Shown here one piece after another: positions 27,662 to 37,777 of a DNA stretch of 64,000 nucleotides (the first letter of the stretch is position 1; each line of letters begins with the position of its first letter). Where the stretch lies: assembly GCA_965368975.1 (NCBI GenBank), contig CBDUPA010000005.1:32001-96000 (forward strand). Reading direction: 5' to 3'. The position numbers were made by a program, and so were the translations under genes. The stretch comes from an uncultured bacterium. GTDB taxonomy: Bacteria > Acidobacteriota > Thermoanaerobaculia > Multivoradales > JAHZIX01. Below the pieces are notes generated by a model that was not told where the DNA came from, ran no database searches, and saw nothing but the letters and a program-made list of their open reading frames with translations.

Positions 27662-28234
27662 TCAGCCGAGTCCCCCCTGAGTCGTCAGATCCCGCTTCCA
27701 CGACCAGTACCCAAATACGCACATCACCAGGAACACCCCATACAGCCCCGCCGTCAAGTACAGCTCCTTGACGGTGTAGATCCCCACCGCAACGACATCG
27801 ACCACGATCCAGAACAGCCAGTTCTCGATCTTCTTCTTCGCCATCAGCCACTGCGCGATCAGGCTGGCGACGGTGGTGAAGGCGTCGCCGTAGGGAAGGG
27901 CGGCGTCGGTGAGGGAGGACATGGCGTAGCCCCAGGCGGCGGTGCCCAGGATCGCCGTGGTGATCCAGCCGCTGCGCGCGCGACCGCTCAGCTCGGAAAC
28001 GGGCAGGCGGCCGTGGTCCTTGCCGCCGTGCAGCCACTGGTACCAGCCGAAGAACTGCACGCCGACATAGATCACGTGCAGGATGACGTCTGAATACAGC
28101 TTGGCCTGGTAGAAGATGACGATGTAGAGCGAGACCTGCACCAGGCCGGTCGGCCACGTCCAGATGCTCTGGCGCACGCTGAAGCCGACGCACAGCAGGC
28201 CGAAGAGAACGGCGGTGACTTCGAGAGTCGACAT
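27662..28234 (-). CDS. pnuC: Nicotinamide riboside transporter PnuC family
   Basis: IWTWPTGL, KLYSD, GWYQW, PYGDAFTT, AQWLMAKKKIENWLFWIVVD motifs; start ATG 28234. Confidence 0.9.
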   Translation of the reverse strand: MSTLEVTAVLFGLLCVGFSVRQSIWTWPTGLVQVSLYIVIFYQAKLYSDVILHVIYVGVQFFGWYQWLHGGKDHGRLPVSELSGRARSGWITTAILGTAAWGYAMSSLTDAALPYGDAFTTVASLIAQWLMAKKKIENWLFWIVVDVVAVGIYTVKELYLTAGLYGVFLVMCVFGYWSWKRDLTTQGGLG

Positions 28235-28267
28235 GATCGCGGAGACTATCGCGATTCTCTCTACGGC

Positions 28268-28296
28268 TTGACATCTCGTACTCCCGTCTCTAGAAT
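28268..28296 (+). promoter_or_regulatory. Consensus sigma70 promoter of the TonB receptor-troABCD operon
   Basis: TTGACA (28268-28273), 17-nt spacer, TAGAAT (28291-28296). Confidence 0.85.
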
Positions 28297-28314
28297 TTTG
28301 ATTAATCAAAATTC
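28293..28314. promoter_or_regulatory. Perfect 22-bp palindromic operator, probably for a DtxR/MntR/TroR-family metalloregulator
   Basis: GAATTTTGATTAATCAAAATTC is its own reverse complement, is AT-rich in a GC-rich genome and overlaps the -10/+1 region. Confidence 0.8.
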
Positions 28315-28364
28315 ATGGTTCGATCAGGCTCAACGTCTCCTCCTGAACCAAGACGAGGTCCACG

Positions 28365-30554
28365 ATGAAACCCTTCTCCGTCCAACGCAGTCTGCTTCTC
28401 ACCTGCACCCTGTTGTCTCTGGTGCCCGGTCTGCTCCGGGCGGACGACGCACCTCCCGAGGATCCCGAAGCGACCTTCGAAGATCAGGTCGTCGTCTCGG
28501 CCTCGGGCCGCGCGCAGCGGCTGGCCGAGGTGCCGGTGCACTTGCAAGTCGTGGAGCGCGAAGATGTCGAGAAGCTGATGGCGCGGACGCTGGCGGACGC
28601 CATGGAGTGGACGCTGGGGATGCGCGTGGAGAGCAACTGCCAGAACTGCAATGAGTCGAAGATTCGACTGCTCGGCATGGAGGGGCCGTACACGCAGATC
28701 CTGGTCGACGGTCAGCCGACGGTGTCGTCGTTGGCGCTGGTGTACGGGGTCGAGCAGCTGCCGGCGCGGATGTTTGACAGCATCGAGGTCGTCAAGGGTG
28801 GGGGTTCGGCGCTCTATGGTGCCGGAGCTGTGGCGGGGGTGATCAACCTTCTGCCGCACCGACCGTCGCACCGACACTTGGAGCTGGAGGCGCGAGGGGG
28901 CTCGATGAATGGGGCTACGGGGCGTGCTTCAATGTCGACCTACCTTGCGATGCTGGACGGTCGGCTCGACGGCGACTTCAAGAGCGGCAGCTGGAGCTTG
29001 TTCGGGCAGGTCGACGACGGCGAGGCCGTGGACCTTGATGGTGACGGCTTCTCGGACGTGGCGCGGCGCGAACTCGCGACGTTGGGGCTACGGCTGGAGC
29101 AGGGCTTCCTGCAGCAGGCGGCACAGCTGACCGTGGATGCGTCGTGGGTCGAGGCGTCGCGACGGGGTGGCGATCGACTGCATCTGCCGCCGGAGCAGGC
29201 CGAGATCGCTGAAGCCATCGACACCGAGCGCGCGGGCTTGAGTCTCTCCTGGCTGCACGCGCTTTCCGGGCGCTTCGACTACCGGGCGCTCGTTTCGGTT
29301 GCCGACACGGAGCGTGACAGCTACTACGGCACCGGCATGGACCCGAACGCCTATGGTTCGACCGACAATCCGTTGACCGTCGCTGACGTGCAGCTCTATC
29401 ACCACTGGCGCGGTGGTCCGACGGCCGACTCCGCATCGACACACTCCCTCACCTGGGGGCTGCAGTACCGCCGCGACCAGGTACGCGACGCGCAGCCCGG
29501 CTACGGCCGCTTCCTGCAGGAGGACTACCGCGACTGGGCGCTGTTCGTGCAGAATGACCACCGCCCGTCCGACAATGTCTCCTTGACCTATGGCCTGCGC
29601 GTCGACGATCACTCGGTGGTCGAGGGTGAGGCCATTGTTTCGCCACGGCTGGCGGCGCTGTGGTCACCGAGGCCCGATCTGACCTTGCGGGCATCCTGGT
29701 CGCGTGGCTTCCGGCCGCCGGTGGTGTTCGACGAAGACCTGCACATTGCTCTGGTGGGGGGCGGTGACGTGCAGGTGGTGCGCAACGCACCGGATCTGGA
29801 CGCTGAGCGCTCGACCAGTTCGTTGATCAGCCTGGAATGGCGGCCGCGCGTGCGGCTGGGGGGGGATCGCGGTAGCTCGGCTTATCTCGAACTCAACGCC
29901 TTCCAGCATCGTTTGCAGGACCTCTTTCATCTGGTCGAGACCGACGAGCCGGCGACACCGGAGATCGAGTGGACGCGTGGCAACTTCGGTGGCGCCCGCA
30001 TCCGCGGTGTCGAGCTGGCGGGTGGGCTGCGCTTCGGGCCTCGCCTGGGTGTCGATGCCGGCTTCGTCTGGCAGACGTCGCGCTTTGATCATCCGGAGCA
30101 GGAGTTCGGTAGCCTGGACTTCTGGCGCACGCCCGAGCGCTACGGCCTACTGACGCTCGTCTGGAGCCCGACGTTGGCGAGCCTTGGCCTGGGTCAGCTT
30201 GGCGTGGAAGGTGACATCGACGTCTTCCTTGGCTTCCAATACACCGGGCCGATGCTGGCGCCTCACTATCTGCGCTTCGCCTCGGTCGCGGAGGGCTCTG
30301 ACGAAGACCGTCTCGAACGTACGCCGGCCTTCCTGACCGCTGATCTCAACATCGCGCGCGAGTTTGCTCTGCCTTCCTCCGTGAGCCAGGGGGGGCACGC
30401 GGGAGATCGGCGGTTCACTGTGACGCTCGGGCTGCGCAACCTGACGAACGAGTTCCAGGACGACCTCGACCGCGGACCGCTGCGCGACTCGGCCTATGTC
30501 TACGGACCGCGCTTTCCGCGTACCGTGTCGTTGGCGATCAAGGTAGATTGGTGA
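28365..30554 (+). CDS. TonB-dependent outer membrane receptor (likely divalent metal uptake)
   Basis: Signal peptide; plug with ESNCQNC, YTQILVDG, IEVVKGGGSALYG..AVAGVIN; C-terminal NLTNEFQDD..YVYGP..PRT and terminal W. Confidence 0.92.
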   Translation: MKPFSVQRSLLLTCTLLSLVPGLLRADDAPPEDPEATFEDQVVVSASGRAQRLAEVPVHLQVVEREDVEKLMARTLADAMEWTLGMRVESNCQNCNESKIRLLGMEGPYTQILVDGQPTVSSLALVYGVEQLPARMFDSIEVVKGGGSALYGAGAVAGVINLLPHRPSHRHLELEARGGSMNGATGRASMSTYLAMLDGRLDGDFKSGSWSLFGQVDDGEAVDLDGDGFSDVARRELATLGLRLEQGFLQQAAQLTVDASWVEASRRGGDRLHLPPEQAEIAEAIDTERAGLSLSWLHALSGRFDYRALVSVADTERDSYYGTGMDPNAYGSTDNPLTVADVQLYHHWRGGPTADSASTHSLTWGLQYRRDQVRDAQPGYGRFLQEDYRDWALFVQNDHRPSDNVSLTYGLRVDDHSVVEGEAIVSPRLAALWSPRPDLTLRASWSRGFRPPVVFDEDLHIALVGGGDVQVVRNAPDLDAERSTSSLISLEWRPRVRLGGDRGSSAYLELNAFQHRLQDLFHLVETDEPATPEIEWTRGNFGGARIRGVELAGGLRFGPRLGVDAGFVWQTSRFDHPEQEFGSLDFWRTPERYGLLTLVWSPTLASLGLGQLGVEGDIDVFLGFQYTGPMLAPHYLRFASVAEGSDEDRLERTPAFLTADLNIAREFALPSSVSQGGHAGDRRFTVTLGLRNLTNEFQDDLDRGPLRDSAYVYGPRFPRTVSLAIKVDW

Positions 30555-30604
30555 AGTTGCCAGCTACCTTGATGAACACTAGACTGGAAAGTGGATTTTT
30601 CGAT

Positions 30605-31567
30605 ATGTCAAAACTCGTAGCCTTCTCCTTCCTGACCCTGGTACTCACCTTGCTGCTCGCAGCCTGCGGCGCTCCCGCACCGGACGGTGCTGCTGGGCGA
30701 CGCGCGCCGGACGGCGCACTTGAGCGAGACGGGCCGCTGCGCGTCGTGACCACGACGGGCATGATCGGCGACATGGCGTCGCGCATCGCTGGCGAGCACG
30801 CGGAGGTGGTTTCGCTGATGGGGCCGGGCATCGATCCGCACCTCTACAAGGCGAGCGAGAGCGATGTGCGGCGGCTGGCGTCGGCGGACCTGATCCTCTA
30901 CAACGGTCTGCACTTGGAAGGCAAGATGGGCGACATCCTGGTCAAGATGGCGCGCAGCCGACCGGTGGTGGCGGTGACCGAGGCAGTTCCGGCGGAGGCG
31001 CTGCGCGAACCGCCGGAACTGCAGGGGCAGTACGACCCGCACATCTGGTTCGATGTTCGTCTGTGGGCGTCCACGCTGGCGCCGATCACGGATGAGCTGG
31101 TGGAACTCGATCCCGAGCACGCGGACATCTACCGCGCCAATGCCGAGGCAGTGCGTGCCGAGTTGCTGGAAGTCGACGCCTGGGTCGCGACGCGAGTGGC
31201 CGAGATCCCGCGTGAGCGGCGCATCCTGATCACCGCGCACGATGCCTTCGGCTACTTCGGTGACCGCTACGACATCGAAGTCATGGGCATCCAGGGCATC
31301 AGCACGGTCGCTGAAGCCGGGCTCAAGGATGTTGACCGCGTCGTCGACACCATCGTCGAGCGTGGCGTCAAGGCGATCTTTGTCGAGTCCAGCGTGCCGC
31401 GGCGCGCCGTCGAAGCGGTGCAGGCGGCGGTGCGCGATCGAGGCAATGAAGTGGTGATCGGCGGCCAGCTGTACTCCGACGCGATGGGCGCCGCCGGCAC
31501 GCCGGAAGGCACCTATGTCGGCATGGTGCGCGCCAACGTCGAAACGCTGGTCGAGGCGCTGCGCTGA
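30605..31567 (+). CDS. troA: Mn/Zn ABC transporter substrate-binding lipoprotein (TroA)
   Basis: Lipobox LAAC; [30 protein letters not shown] (His-His-His-Asp ligand set). Confidence 0.9.
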   Translation: MSKLVAFSFLTLVLTLLLAACGAPAPDGAAGRRAPDGALERDGPLRVVTTTGMIGDMASRIAGEHAEVVSLMGPGIDPHLYKASESDVRRLASADLILYNGLHLEGKMGDILVKMARSRPVVAVTEAVPAEALREPPELQGQYDPHIWFDVRLWASTLAPITDELVELDPEHADIYRANAEAVRAELLEVDAWVATRVAEIPRERRILITAHDAFGYFGDRYDIEVMGIQGISTVAEAGLKDVDRVVDTIVERGVKAIFVESSVPRRAVEAVQAAVRDRGNEVVIGGQLYSDAMGAAGTPEGTYVGMVRANVETLVEALR

Positions 31568-31595
31568 ACGGTGGTGGACTCGAGGAAGGCAGATC

Positions 31596-32426
31596 ATGAG
31601 TGAACAAGGTGTCAGCAAGACGGAACAAGGTCCCAGCGATAGCGTTACGGCGATCGAGGTGCACGACCTCACTGTCGCCTACCGCACGCAGCCGGTGCTG
31701 TGGGACGTCGACTTCGCTTTGCCTGAAGGCAAGTTGATCGCCGTCGTCGGCCCCAACGGTGCTGGCAAGAGCACGCTGCTGAAGGCGATTCTGGGTCTGG
31801 TCAAGCCGATCACCGGCTGGGTCCAGATCTTCGATGCCCCCTACCGCCAGCGCCGCTCATGGGTGGCCTATGTGCCGCAACGCGAAAGCGTCGACTGGGA
31901 CTTTCCGACCAGTGCGCTCGACGTCGTCACCATGGGGCTCTATGGCACCCTCGGCTGGTTCCGCCGGCCCGGCCGCAAGGAGCGGGACAAGGCGTTGCAG
32001 TGCTTGGAGCAGGTAGGCATTCCGGAACTCGCCAGCCGCCAGATCAGCCAGCTCAGCGGCGGCCAGCAACAGCGCGTCTTCCTGGCGCGCGCACTGGCCC
32101 AGGACGCCCGGCTCTACTTGATGGACGAGCCCTTCGCTGGCGTCGATGCGACCACCGAGCGAGCGATCCTGTCGCTGCTACAAGAGCTGCGCGCTAGTGG
32201 TCGCACCGTCGTGGCCGTGCACCACGACTTGCAGACCGTCGCCGAGTACTTCGACCACGTTGTGCTACTCAACATGCGACTGGTGGCCGAGGGGCCGGTC
32301 GAGACGACCTTCACCTCCGAGAATCTGCAGCGCACCTACGGCGGCCGGCTCACGGTGCTGACCCAGGCCGCCGAGGCACTGCTGGCCGCGCGCGCTGAAA
32401 AACCATCGCTGCAGCAGCAGCGCTGA
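31596..32426 (+). CDS. troB: Mn/Zn ABC transporter ATP-binding protein (TroB)
   Basis: [50 protein letters not shown]; start ATG 31596. Confidence 0.92.
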   Translation: MSEQGVSKTEQGPSDSVTAIEVHDLTVAYRTQPVLWDVDFALPEGKLIAVVGPNGAGKSTLLKAILGLVKPITGWVQIFDAPYRQRRSWVAYVPQRESVDWDFPTSALDVVTMGLYGTLGWFRRPGRKERDKALQCLEQVGIPELASRQISQLSGGQQQRVFLARALAQDARLYLMDEPFAGVDATTERAILSLLQELRASGRTVVAVHHDLQTVAEYFDHVVLLNMRLVAEGPVETTFTSENLQRTYGGRLTVLTQAAEALLAARAEKPSLQQQR

Positions 32427-32452
32427 GACGAGGTTCGCCCAGGGTTACCGTC

Positions 32453-33742
32453 ATGTTCGAACTCTCCTTCACCGCCCGCAATGTCCTGATCGGAGCCACG
32501 CTTCTGGGTGTGGTTGGCGGAGTGTTGGGCTGCTTCGCGTTGCTGCGCCGCCAGAGTCTGCTCGGCGACGCCCTCGCCCACGCGGCCCTGCCTGGCGTGT
32601 GCCTGGCCTACCTGATCACTGGCAGCAAGAACCCGCTACCGCTGTTCGCCGGTGCCTTGGTGGCGGGCTTCGCCGGGGCGCTGCTGATCCTGGTGGTGGT
32701 GCGCTGGAGTCGCATCAAGGAAGACAGCGCCATCGGCTTGGTGCTGAGCGTTTTCTTCGGCGTTGGCATCGTGCTCTTGACGCACATCCAGAAGCTGCCG
32801 CTGGGCAATCAGAGCGGGTTGGACAAGTTCCTCTTCGGCCAGGCCGCGACGCTGATGCCACGTGACATCCAGATGATGGCGATCCTCGGTGGCCTGGTGC
32901 TGACGACGGTGCTCTGGCTGTACCATCCGCTCAAGCTCTTCTGCTTCGACCGCGATTTCGCGGCCAGCCAGGGCCAGCCTGTGCACCGCCTGGAGATCGT
33001 GCTGACGGTGCTGCTCGTGGTGGTCGTGGTCGTCGGCCTGCAGACCGTAGGTGTGGTGTTGATCGTCGCCACGCTGATCACCCCCGCGGCGGCGGCGCGC
33101 CAGTGGACCGAGCGCCTGAGTGTGATGCTGGTGTTGGCGGCGTTGGTGGGCGGCAGTGCCGGCGCCGTGGGGGCGCTGTTCAGCGCCAGTGTTGCGCATC
33201 TGCCCACCGGGCCCGTGATCGTGCTGTGCTCCAGTCTGATGCTGGTCGTCTCGCTGCTGCTGGCTCCGCGTCGCGGCATGCTGTGGGCCTGGGTCGAGGA
33301 GCGGCGCGTGGCGGCACGCATTCGCAAGGAGAACCTACTCAAAGATCTGTACCGTCTGGGCGAACGGCGCGGCGACTGGCAGGGGCAGGTGTCCTGGGCG
33401 CAGGTAATGGGGGAGCGTGGACAGAGTCGCACGCAGCTGCGACGCGTGGTGGCGCGCGCGCCGGTGCGCGGGCTGGTCGAGATCAACGGCAGTGGTCTAC
33501 GGTTGACCGCCGAGGGCCTCGCCGCCGCTGAGCAGGTGGTCCGCAAGCACCGCTTGTGGGAACTCTATCTGACGCGTCGGTTGGAGCTGCCCAGCGACCA
33601 CGTGCACCGCGACGCCGAGACCATGGAGCACGCGCTGACCCAGCAAGACGTGGCGCGCCTCGAGGAAGTCTTGGGCTTTCCCGAGGTCGATCCGCACGGG
33701 CGCCCGATTCCTGGCGGCGAGACGTCGAGGAGCGCGGCATGA
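32453..33742 (+). CDS. troC: Mn/Zn ABC permease (TroC) fused to a C-terminal DtxR/MntR-type repressor domain
   Basis: ABC-3 permease motif SLLGDALAHAALPG; C-terminal ENLLKDLY, LTAEG..A..VVRKHRLWELYL, VHRDAETMEH, LGFPEVDPHGRPIP. Confidence 0.9.
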   Translation: MFELSFTARNVLIGATLLGVVGGVLGCFALLRRQSLLGDALAHAALPGVCLAYLITGSKNPLPLFAGALVAGFAGALLILVVVRWSRIKEDSAIGLVLSVFFGVGIVLLTHIQKLPLGNQSGLDKFLFGQAATLMPRDIQMMAILGGLVLTTVLWLYHPLKLFCFDRDFAASQGQPVHRLEIVLTVLLVVVVVVGLQTVGVVLIVATLITPAAAARQWTERLSVMLVLAALVGGSAGAVGALFSASVAHLPTGPVIVLCSSLMLVVSLLLAPRRGMLWAWVEERRVAARIRKENLLKDLYRLGERRGDWQGQVSWAQVMGERGQSRTQLRRVVARAPVRGLVEINGSGLRLTAEGLAAAEQVVRKHRLWELYLTRRLELPSDHVHRDAETMEHALTQQDVARLEEVLGFPEVDPHGRPIPGGETSRSAA

Positions 33743-34860
33743 ACCCGACCTGGACCATTCTGCTGGTCGGCTCGTGCGTCGCGGCCTCGTGTGCCTTGCT
33801 CGGCAGCTTCCTGGTGCTGCGCCGTATGGCTCTGCTCGGCGATGCCATCAGTCACGCCGTGCTGCCTGGCATCGCCATCGCTTTCCTGCTCACGGGTGAG
33901 CGCTCGCCGTTGCCCATGCTCCTCGGTGCCGGCGCGCTCGGTGTTCTCACCGTCTTCCTGGTCGCGCTGTTCAACCGCACCCGCCGTTTGCGCGAAGATG
34001 CGTCCATCGGCGTCGTCTTCCCGGCACTCTTCTCCCTCGGTGTCATCCTGATCAGCCGCTACGCTGGGCAAGTCGACCTCGATCTCGATTGCGTCCTCTA
34101 CGGCGAGATCGCCTACACGCCCTGGGACGTGCTGTTCTGGAATGGCCAGTCGATCGGTGCCAAGGCGCTGTGGCTCAACGGGTTCGTGCTGGTCTTCGAT
34201 CTGGCCCTGGTGCTGCTGCTGTTCAAGGAACTCAAGCTCACCACGTTCGACCCCAAGCTCGGTGCGGCGCTTGGCTTCGCGCCGGTGACGCTGCACTACC
34301 TGTTGATGACCGCGGTCTCGGTGACCGTCGTTGGCGCCTTCGAGTCGGTGGGTGCCATCCTGGTGGTCGCCATGCTGGTCGTGCCGCCAGCCACCGCCTA
34401 CCTGCTCACCGACCGTCTGGTGACGCTGCTCGGCTTGGCGGTCGGACTCGGCATTACCTCTGCCGTCGCCGGCTACTGGCTGGCCCGCTGGTGGGATGCT
34501 TCCATCGCTGGCGCCATGGCGAGCGTCACCGGGGCATTGTTCCTGCTCGCTTTCCTGCTGTCGCCGCGCTACGGCCTGCTCGCCAAGCTGCACCGCGGCC
34601 GTCAGTTGAAGAGGGCGATGGCCGAGCAACTAGTGCTGCTCCATCTGCGTCGCGGTGGCAGTGGCATCCCCATGGCTCAGCTGGGTGGCCGCTTTGCGTG
34701 GTCCCCTGAGCGGTTGCAGCGTGTGGTGCAACGCCTGCGACGTCTCGGCTTGGTGAAGCTGGAGGCCGAGGGCGTCCAGCTCACGGGTGCTGGTCTGGAG
34801 GCCTTGGAACGCAGCAAGCTGGCGCCACTGCGTCACCAGCTGGAGGTCGCCGGCGGCTGA
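33739..34860 (+). CDS. troD: Mn/Zn ABC permease (TroD) with a short C-terminal winged-helix-like extension
   Basis: ATGA overlap with troC; LLGDAISHAVLPG, VDLDLDCVLYGEI, AFESVGAILVV; C-terminal LRRLGLV..VQLTGAG. Confidence 0.88.
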   Translation: MNPTWTILLVGSCVAASCALLGSFLVLRRMALLGDAISHAVLPGIAIAFLLTGERSPLPMLLGAGALGVLTVFLVALFNRTRRLREDASIGVVFPALFSLGVILISRYAGQVDLDLDCVLYGEIAYTPWDVLFWNGQSIGAKALWLNGFVLVFDLALVLLLFKELKLTTFDPKLGAALGFAPVTLHYLLMTAVSVTVVGAFESVGAILVVAMLVVPPATAYLLTDRLVTLLGLAVGLGITSAVAGYWLARWWDASIAGAMASVTGALFLLAFLLSPRYGLLAKLHRGRQLKRAMAEQLVLLHLRRGGSGIPMAQLGGRFAWSPERLQRVVQRLRRLGLVKLEAEGVQLTGAGLEALERSKLAPLRHQLEVAGG

Positions 34861-34925
34861 AGGCCTGGCGGCGGCTGCAGCGTGCTTGGATGCGTTGCAA
34901 GGGCAATCGGTTAAACTACCCAATT

Positions 34926-37412
34926 ATGCGCCAAGACTTTCGCCTGGCCTGGCGTGCACTGCGCCGCCGGCCACTCCTGACGCTGATCGTGGGCTCGACG
35001 CTGGCCCTGGGAATCGGTGTGACCGGCGCCGTCTTCGGACTGGTGGATGTCTTGTTGCTGCGGCCGGTGCCGGGAGTGACAGCTCCCGAGGAACTGGTGT
35101 CCGTGCACGGTACCCGCAGAGGCAGTCCCGAGGCGCTGATACAGCTGACCTACGCCGATTTCCGAGACTACGACCGGGGCACCACGGAAGTACTCAGTGG
35201 GCTGGCTGCCTACGCGGAAGCCAGCTTCGCTCTCAGTGCCGGCGAGCCGAGTGTGCGGGTTCCGGGAGTGGCGGTCAGCACCGACTACTTCCAGGTCTTG
35301 GGCGTTCAACCCCACTTGGGGAGCTTCGCGGCCTTTCGCGACCAGCCGACGCCAGCGGTCGTCGTGCTCGGCTACGACTACTGGCATGGGCATCTGGACG
35401 CCGATCCGGACATCCTTGGGCGCCGGATCGATCTCAACGGGGAACCGCTGACGGTCGTTGCGGTGGCTCCGCGTGGTTTCCGTGGTGTGGACCTGGTGTT
35501 CGAGGCGTCGGTCTGGGTGCCGCTTGGCCAGTTCAAGCAACTGGCCCGCGGAATCTTCGCCCAGTTGGGAGGCGTCGAGAACCGGCAACAGGCTTGGCTG
35601 CGCGCCGTCGGCCGCGTTGCGCCAGGGCAGCAGTTGGAGCAGGCGCAGCTCGTCTTCGACGCGCTCTCCGGCAGCCTCGCGGAGGCTTACCCCGAAGTTG
35701 CCAAGGGGCGCGGCGCCAAGGTGCTGCCCCTGGCCCAGGTGGCTTTCGGGCGTGGCATGCGTGGCCACGTGGTGCGATATGCAGGGCTCTTGCTAGCGGT
35801 CACTGGCTTGCTCTTGCTGGTCACCTGCCTCAACGTCGCCGGCCTGCTGGTGGCGCACGGCCTGACGCGGGATCGCGAGATGGCGGTGCGGCGCAGCGTC
35901 GGCGCCGGTACCTGGAACCTCGTCCGGTTGCTGCTGTTCGAGAATCTTGGGCTGGCTCTGCTCGGCGGTCTCGGTGGCCTAGGGTTGGCCGCGGGACTCT
36001 TGCCTCTGCTGTCGCGCTTGCACTTGCCGCTCAACCTCGACGCCGCTGCCGTCACGCCGAATCTCGACCTGCGCTTCGCAGCGCTGGTCTTTGCTCTGGC
36101 AGTAGCCAGTGGGCTGATCTTCGGCGTGCTGGCGGCACTGCGCACCGCCCGTGTCGATCTACGCACGATGCTGCAGGGGGGCTACAGTCGTTCGGCGCGT
36201 TGGACGCTCTTCGGCATGCGCGACCTGCTCGTGACCGGTCAGATCGCGTTGTGCGGCGTGGTGCTGGTGGCCGCAGTTCTACTACTGTCGACCTGGCGCA
36301 ATCTCGACGCTGTCGAGACCGGTTACGAAGATCGCAACCTGCTGCTGGCCAGCCTCGACCCGGAGGAGAGCGGCTACCCGGCGTGGAAGTTGCCCCAGTT
36401 CTACGACAAGCTGCGGCAGCGCCTGGAACGCTTGCCCGGAGTCGATCGCGTGTCGCAGGCCAACGCGCTTCCCATGCTCGGCGCCGGCATGGCGGTCGAG
36501 TTGACCGTCGAGCCCTACGACTACGTACCTCCAGAGGAGGCCGCCGCCTGGCCTTCTGCCAAGCACGCCATGGTCGGTCCGGGTTTCTTCGCCACCGCCG
36601 GGGTCAAGTTGCTGCACGGCCGGACCTTCCAGGAGATGGATGGTCCGGACGCACCGGCGGTTGTGTTGGTCAATGAGACATTGGCGCGCGAGTTCTGGCC
36701 CGATCAGCCGGCGATCGGCCGGCAGCTCGAGCTGTATGACACACCGGAGCCGTTCGAAGTCATTGGTGTGGTCGCCGACTGTAAGTACGCCAGTCTGCGA
36801 GAATCGCCGCGTCCAACTTTGTTCCTGGCTTTCTCGCAGTGGTCCAAGAGCAAGTTGGGACCGATGCTGATGTCGCCGATGACCGTCATGGTGCACGCGG
36901 ACGGCGCCCCGGGAGCCCTGGCGGCCGACCTGCGCAACACGGTCGAGGCGCTCGACTCGATGCTCCCGGTCTTCGACCTGCGCACCCTCGACGAGACCCG
37001 TTCTGCCGCCATGCGCTCCGAGCGTCAGCTGGCGGCGCTGTTCGGTTCTTTCGCCATCTTCACGCTGTGCTTGGCGATGTTCGGTCTGTTTGGTGTCCTG
37101 ACCCACGCCGTGCTGTGCCGGCGCCGTGAGATGGGTATCCGCCTGGCCTTGGGTGCCCGTCCCCGTGATCTTCGACGATTGGTGGTACGGCGGGCGCTGG
37201 TCCTGTGTGTGCCCGGGATTCTCGGTGGTCTGGCGGCGGCGCTGGCCCTGTCGAGTTTCCTTTCCGGCCACCTCTTCGGTCTCGGTGCCGCCGATCCGGC
37301 CACCTACGTCAAGGTCGCACTGACATTGATCGGCTTTGCCCTCCTGGCTAGCCACCTACCGGCGCGCCGCGCGGGCCGCCTGGCACCGGAGTCGTTGCTC
37401 AAGGAGGCGTGA
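34926..37412 (+). CDS. Duplicated MacB/FtsX-type permease without ATPase (ADOP-like)
   Basis: MRQDFRLAWRAL, TLALGIG, REMAVRRSVGAG, second half RRREMGIRLALGA, PARRA; two periplasmic-core + FtsX repeats. Confidence 0.88.
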   Translation: MRQDFRLAWRALRRRPLLTLIVGSTLALGIGVTGAVFGLVDVLLLRPVPGVTAPEELVSVHGTRRGSPEALIQLTYADFRDYDRGTTEVLSGLAAYAEASFALSAGEPSVRVPGVAVSTDYFQVLGVQPHLGSFAAFRDQPTPAVVVLGYDYWHGHLDADPDILGRRIDLNGEPLTVVAVAPRGFRGVDLVFEASVWVPLGQFKQLARGIFAQLGGVENRQQAWLRAVGRVAPGQQLEQAQLVFDALSGSLAEAYPEVAKGRGAKVLPLAQVAFGRGMRGHVVRYAGLLLAVTGLLLLVTCLNVAGLLVAHGLTRDREMAVRRSVGAGTWNLVRLLLFENLGLALLGGLGGLGLAAGLLPLLSRLHLPLNLDAAAVTPNLDLRFAALVFALAVASGLIFGVLAALRTARVDLRTMLQGGYSRSARWTLFGMRDLLVTGQIALCGVVLVAAVLLLSTWRNLDAVETGYEDRNLLLASLDPEESGYPAWKLPQFYDKLRQRLERLPGVDRVSQANALPMLGAGMAVELTVEPYDYVPPEEAAAWPSAKHAMVGPGFFATAGVKLLHGRTFQEMDGPDAPAVVLVNETLAREFWPDQPAIGRQLELYDTPEPFEVIGVVADCKYASLRESPRPTLFLAFSQWSKSKLGPMLMSPMTVMVHADGAPGALAADLRNTVEALDSMLPVFDLRTLDETRSAAMRSERQLAALFGSFAIFTLCLAMFGLFGVLTHAVLCRRREMGIRLALGARPRDLRRLVVRRALVLCVPGILGGLAAALALSSFLSGHLFGLGAADPATYVKVALTLIGFALLASHLPARRAGRLAPESLLKEA

Positions 37413-37442
37413 GCCCGAGACGCAGCTTGGCCGAAGACAGAA

Positions 37443-37509
37443 CGACCCCCGCGACCGTCAAGGCACGGGGGTCGGCTAGATCCGGCTGGGCTCTTCAGCT
37501 GAAGAGCCC
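37443..37509. terminator. Two hairpins between convergent genes (probable bidirectional termination)
   Basis: CGACCCCCG...CGGGGGTCG (37443-37474) and perfect palindrome GGGCTCTTCAGCTGAAGAGCCC (37488-37509). Confidence 0.6.
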
Positions 37510-37511
37510 GC

Positions 37512-37673
37512 TCAGAACGGGTCGCAGACGTCGCAGCGGCTGCCGGCCGAGTCCGGGTCGAGGAAGGTTTCCGGCAGATCCGGCTCTTTGCCACCGGCCA
37601 GGTGCAGGTTGCTGTCCGCCAGACGGCGCAGGGTCTCGCGGTTCAGGGTCAGTTTCTTGCTGCTCTTCTTCAT
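37512..37673 (-). CDS. 53-aa RiPP precursor-like peptide MKKSSKKLTLNRETLRRLADSNLHLAGG-KEPDLPETFLDPDSAGSRCDVCDPF (not in ORF track)
   Basis: Translated by hand; strong GAGGAGG RBS upstream of ATG 37673; KKLxLxRETL leader motif and GG cleavage-type site; TGA at 37512-37514. Confidence 0.85.
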   Translation of the reverse strand: MKKSSKKLTLNRETLRRLADSNLHLAGGKEPDLPETFLDPDSAGSRCDVCDPF

Positions 37674-37747
37674 GGACTAGGTCCTCCTCGATCAAAGTGA
37701 GTCGTCAACATCGGTGCTTCTGCTCGAACTGATTTCGAGCGGTATCC

Positions 37748-37777
37748 ATTGTCCGAGGCCGGGGAGCCCCTTGTCAA
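37748..37777 (-). promoter_or_regulatory. Putative sigma70 promoter for the 53-aa peptide gene
   Basis: Minus-strand TTGACA (37777-37772), 18 nt, GACAAT (37753-37748); a second TTGACA 14 nt upstream. Confidence 0.55.

Noticed and set aside
28234-28365. Possible vitamin/NAD riboswitch upstream of pnuC
   Set aside because: The 130-bp intergenic region is occupied by the divergent promoter and operator, and pnuC appears to have little or no leader; no riboswitch-like structure was seen.
37495-37695. 66-aa minus-strand ORF in the track (MIEEDLVHEE...)
   Set aside because: Wrong frame; the RBS and leader motif support the 53-aa ORF at 37512-37673 instead.
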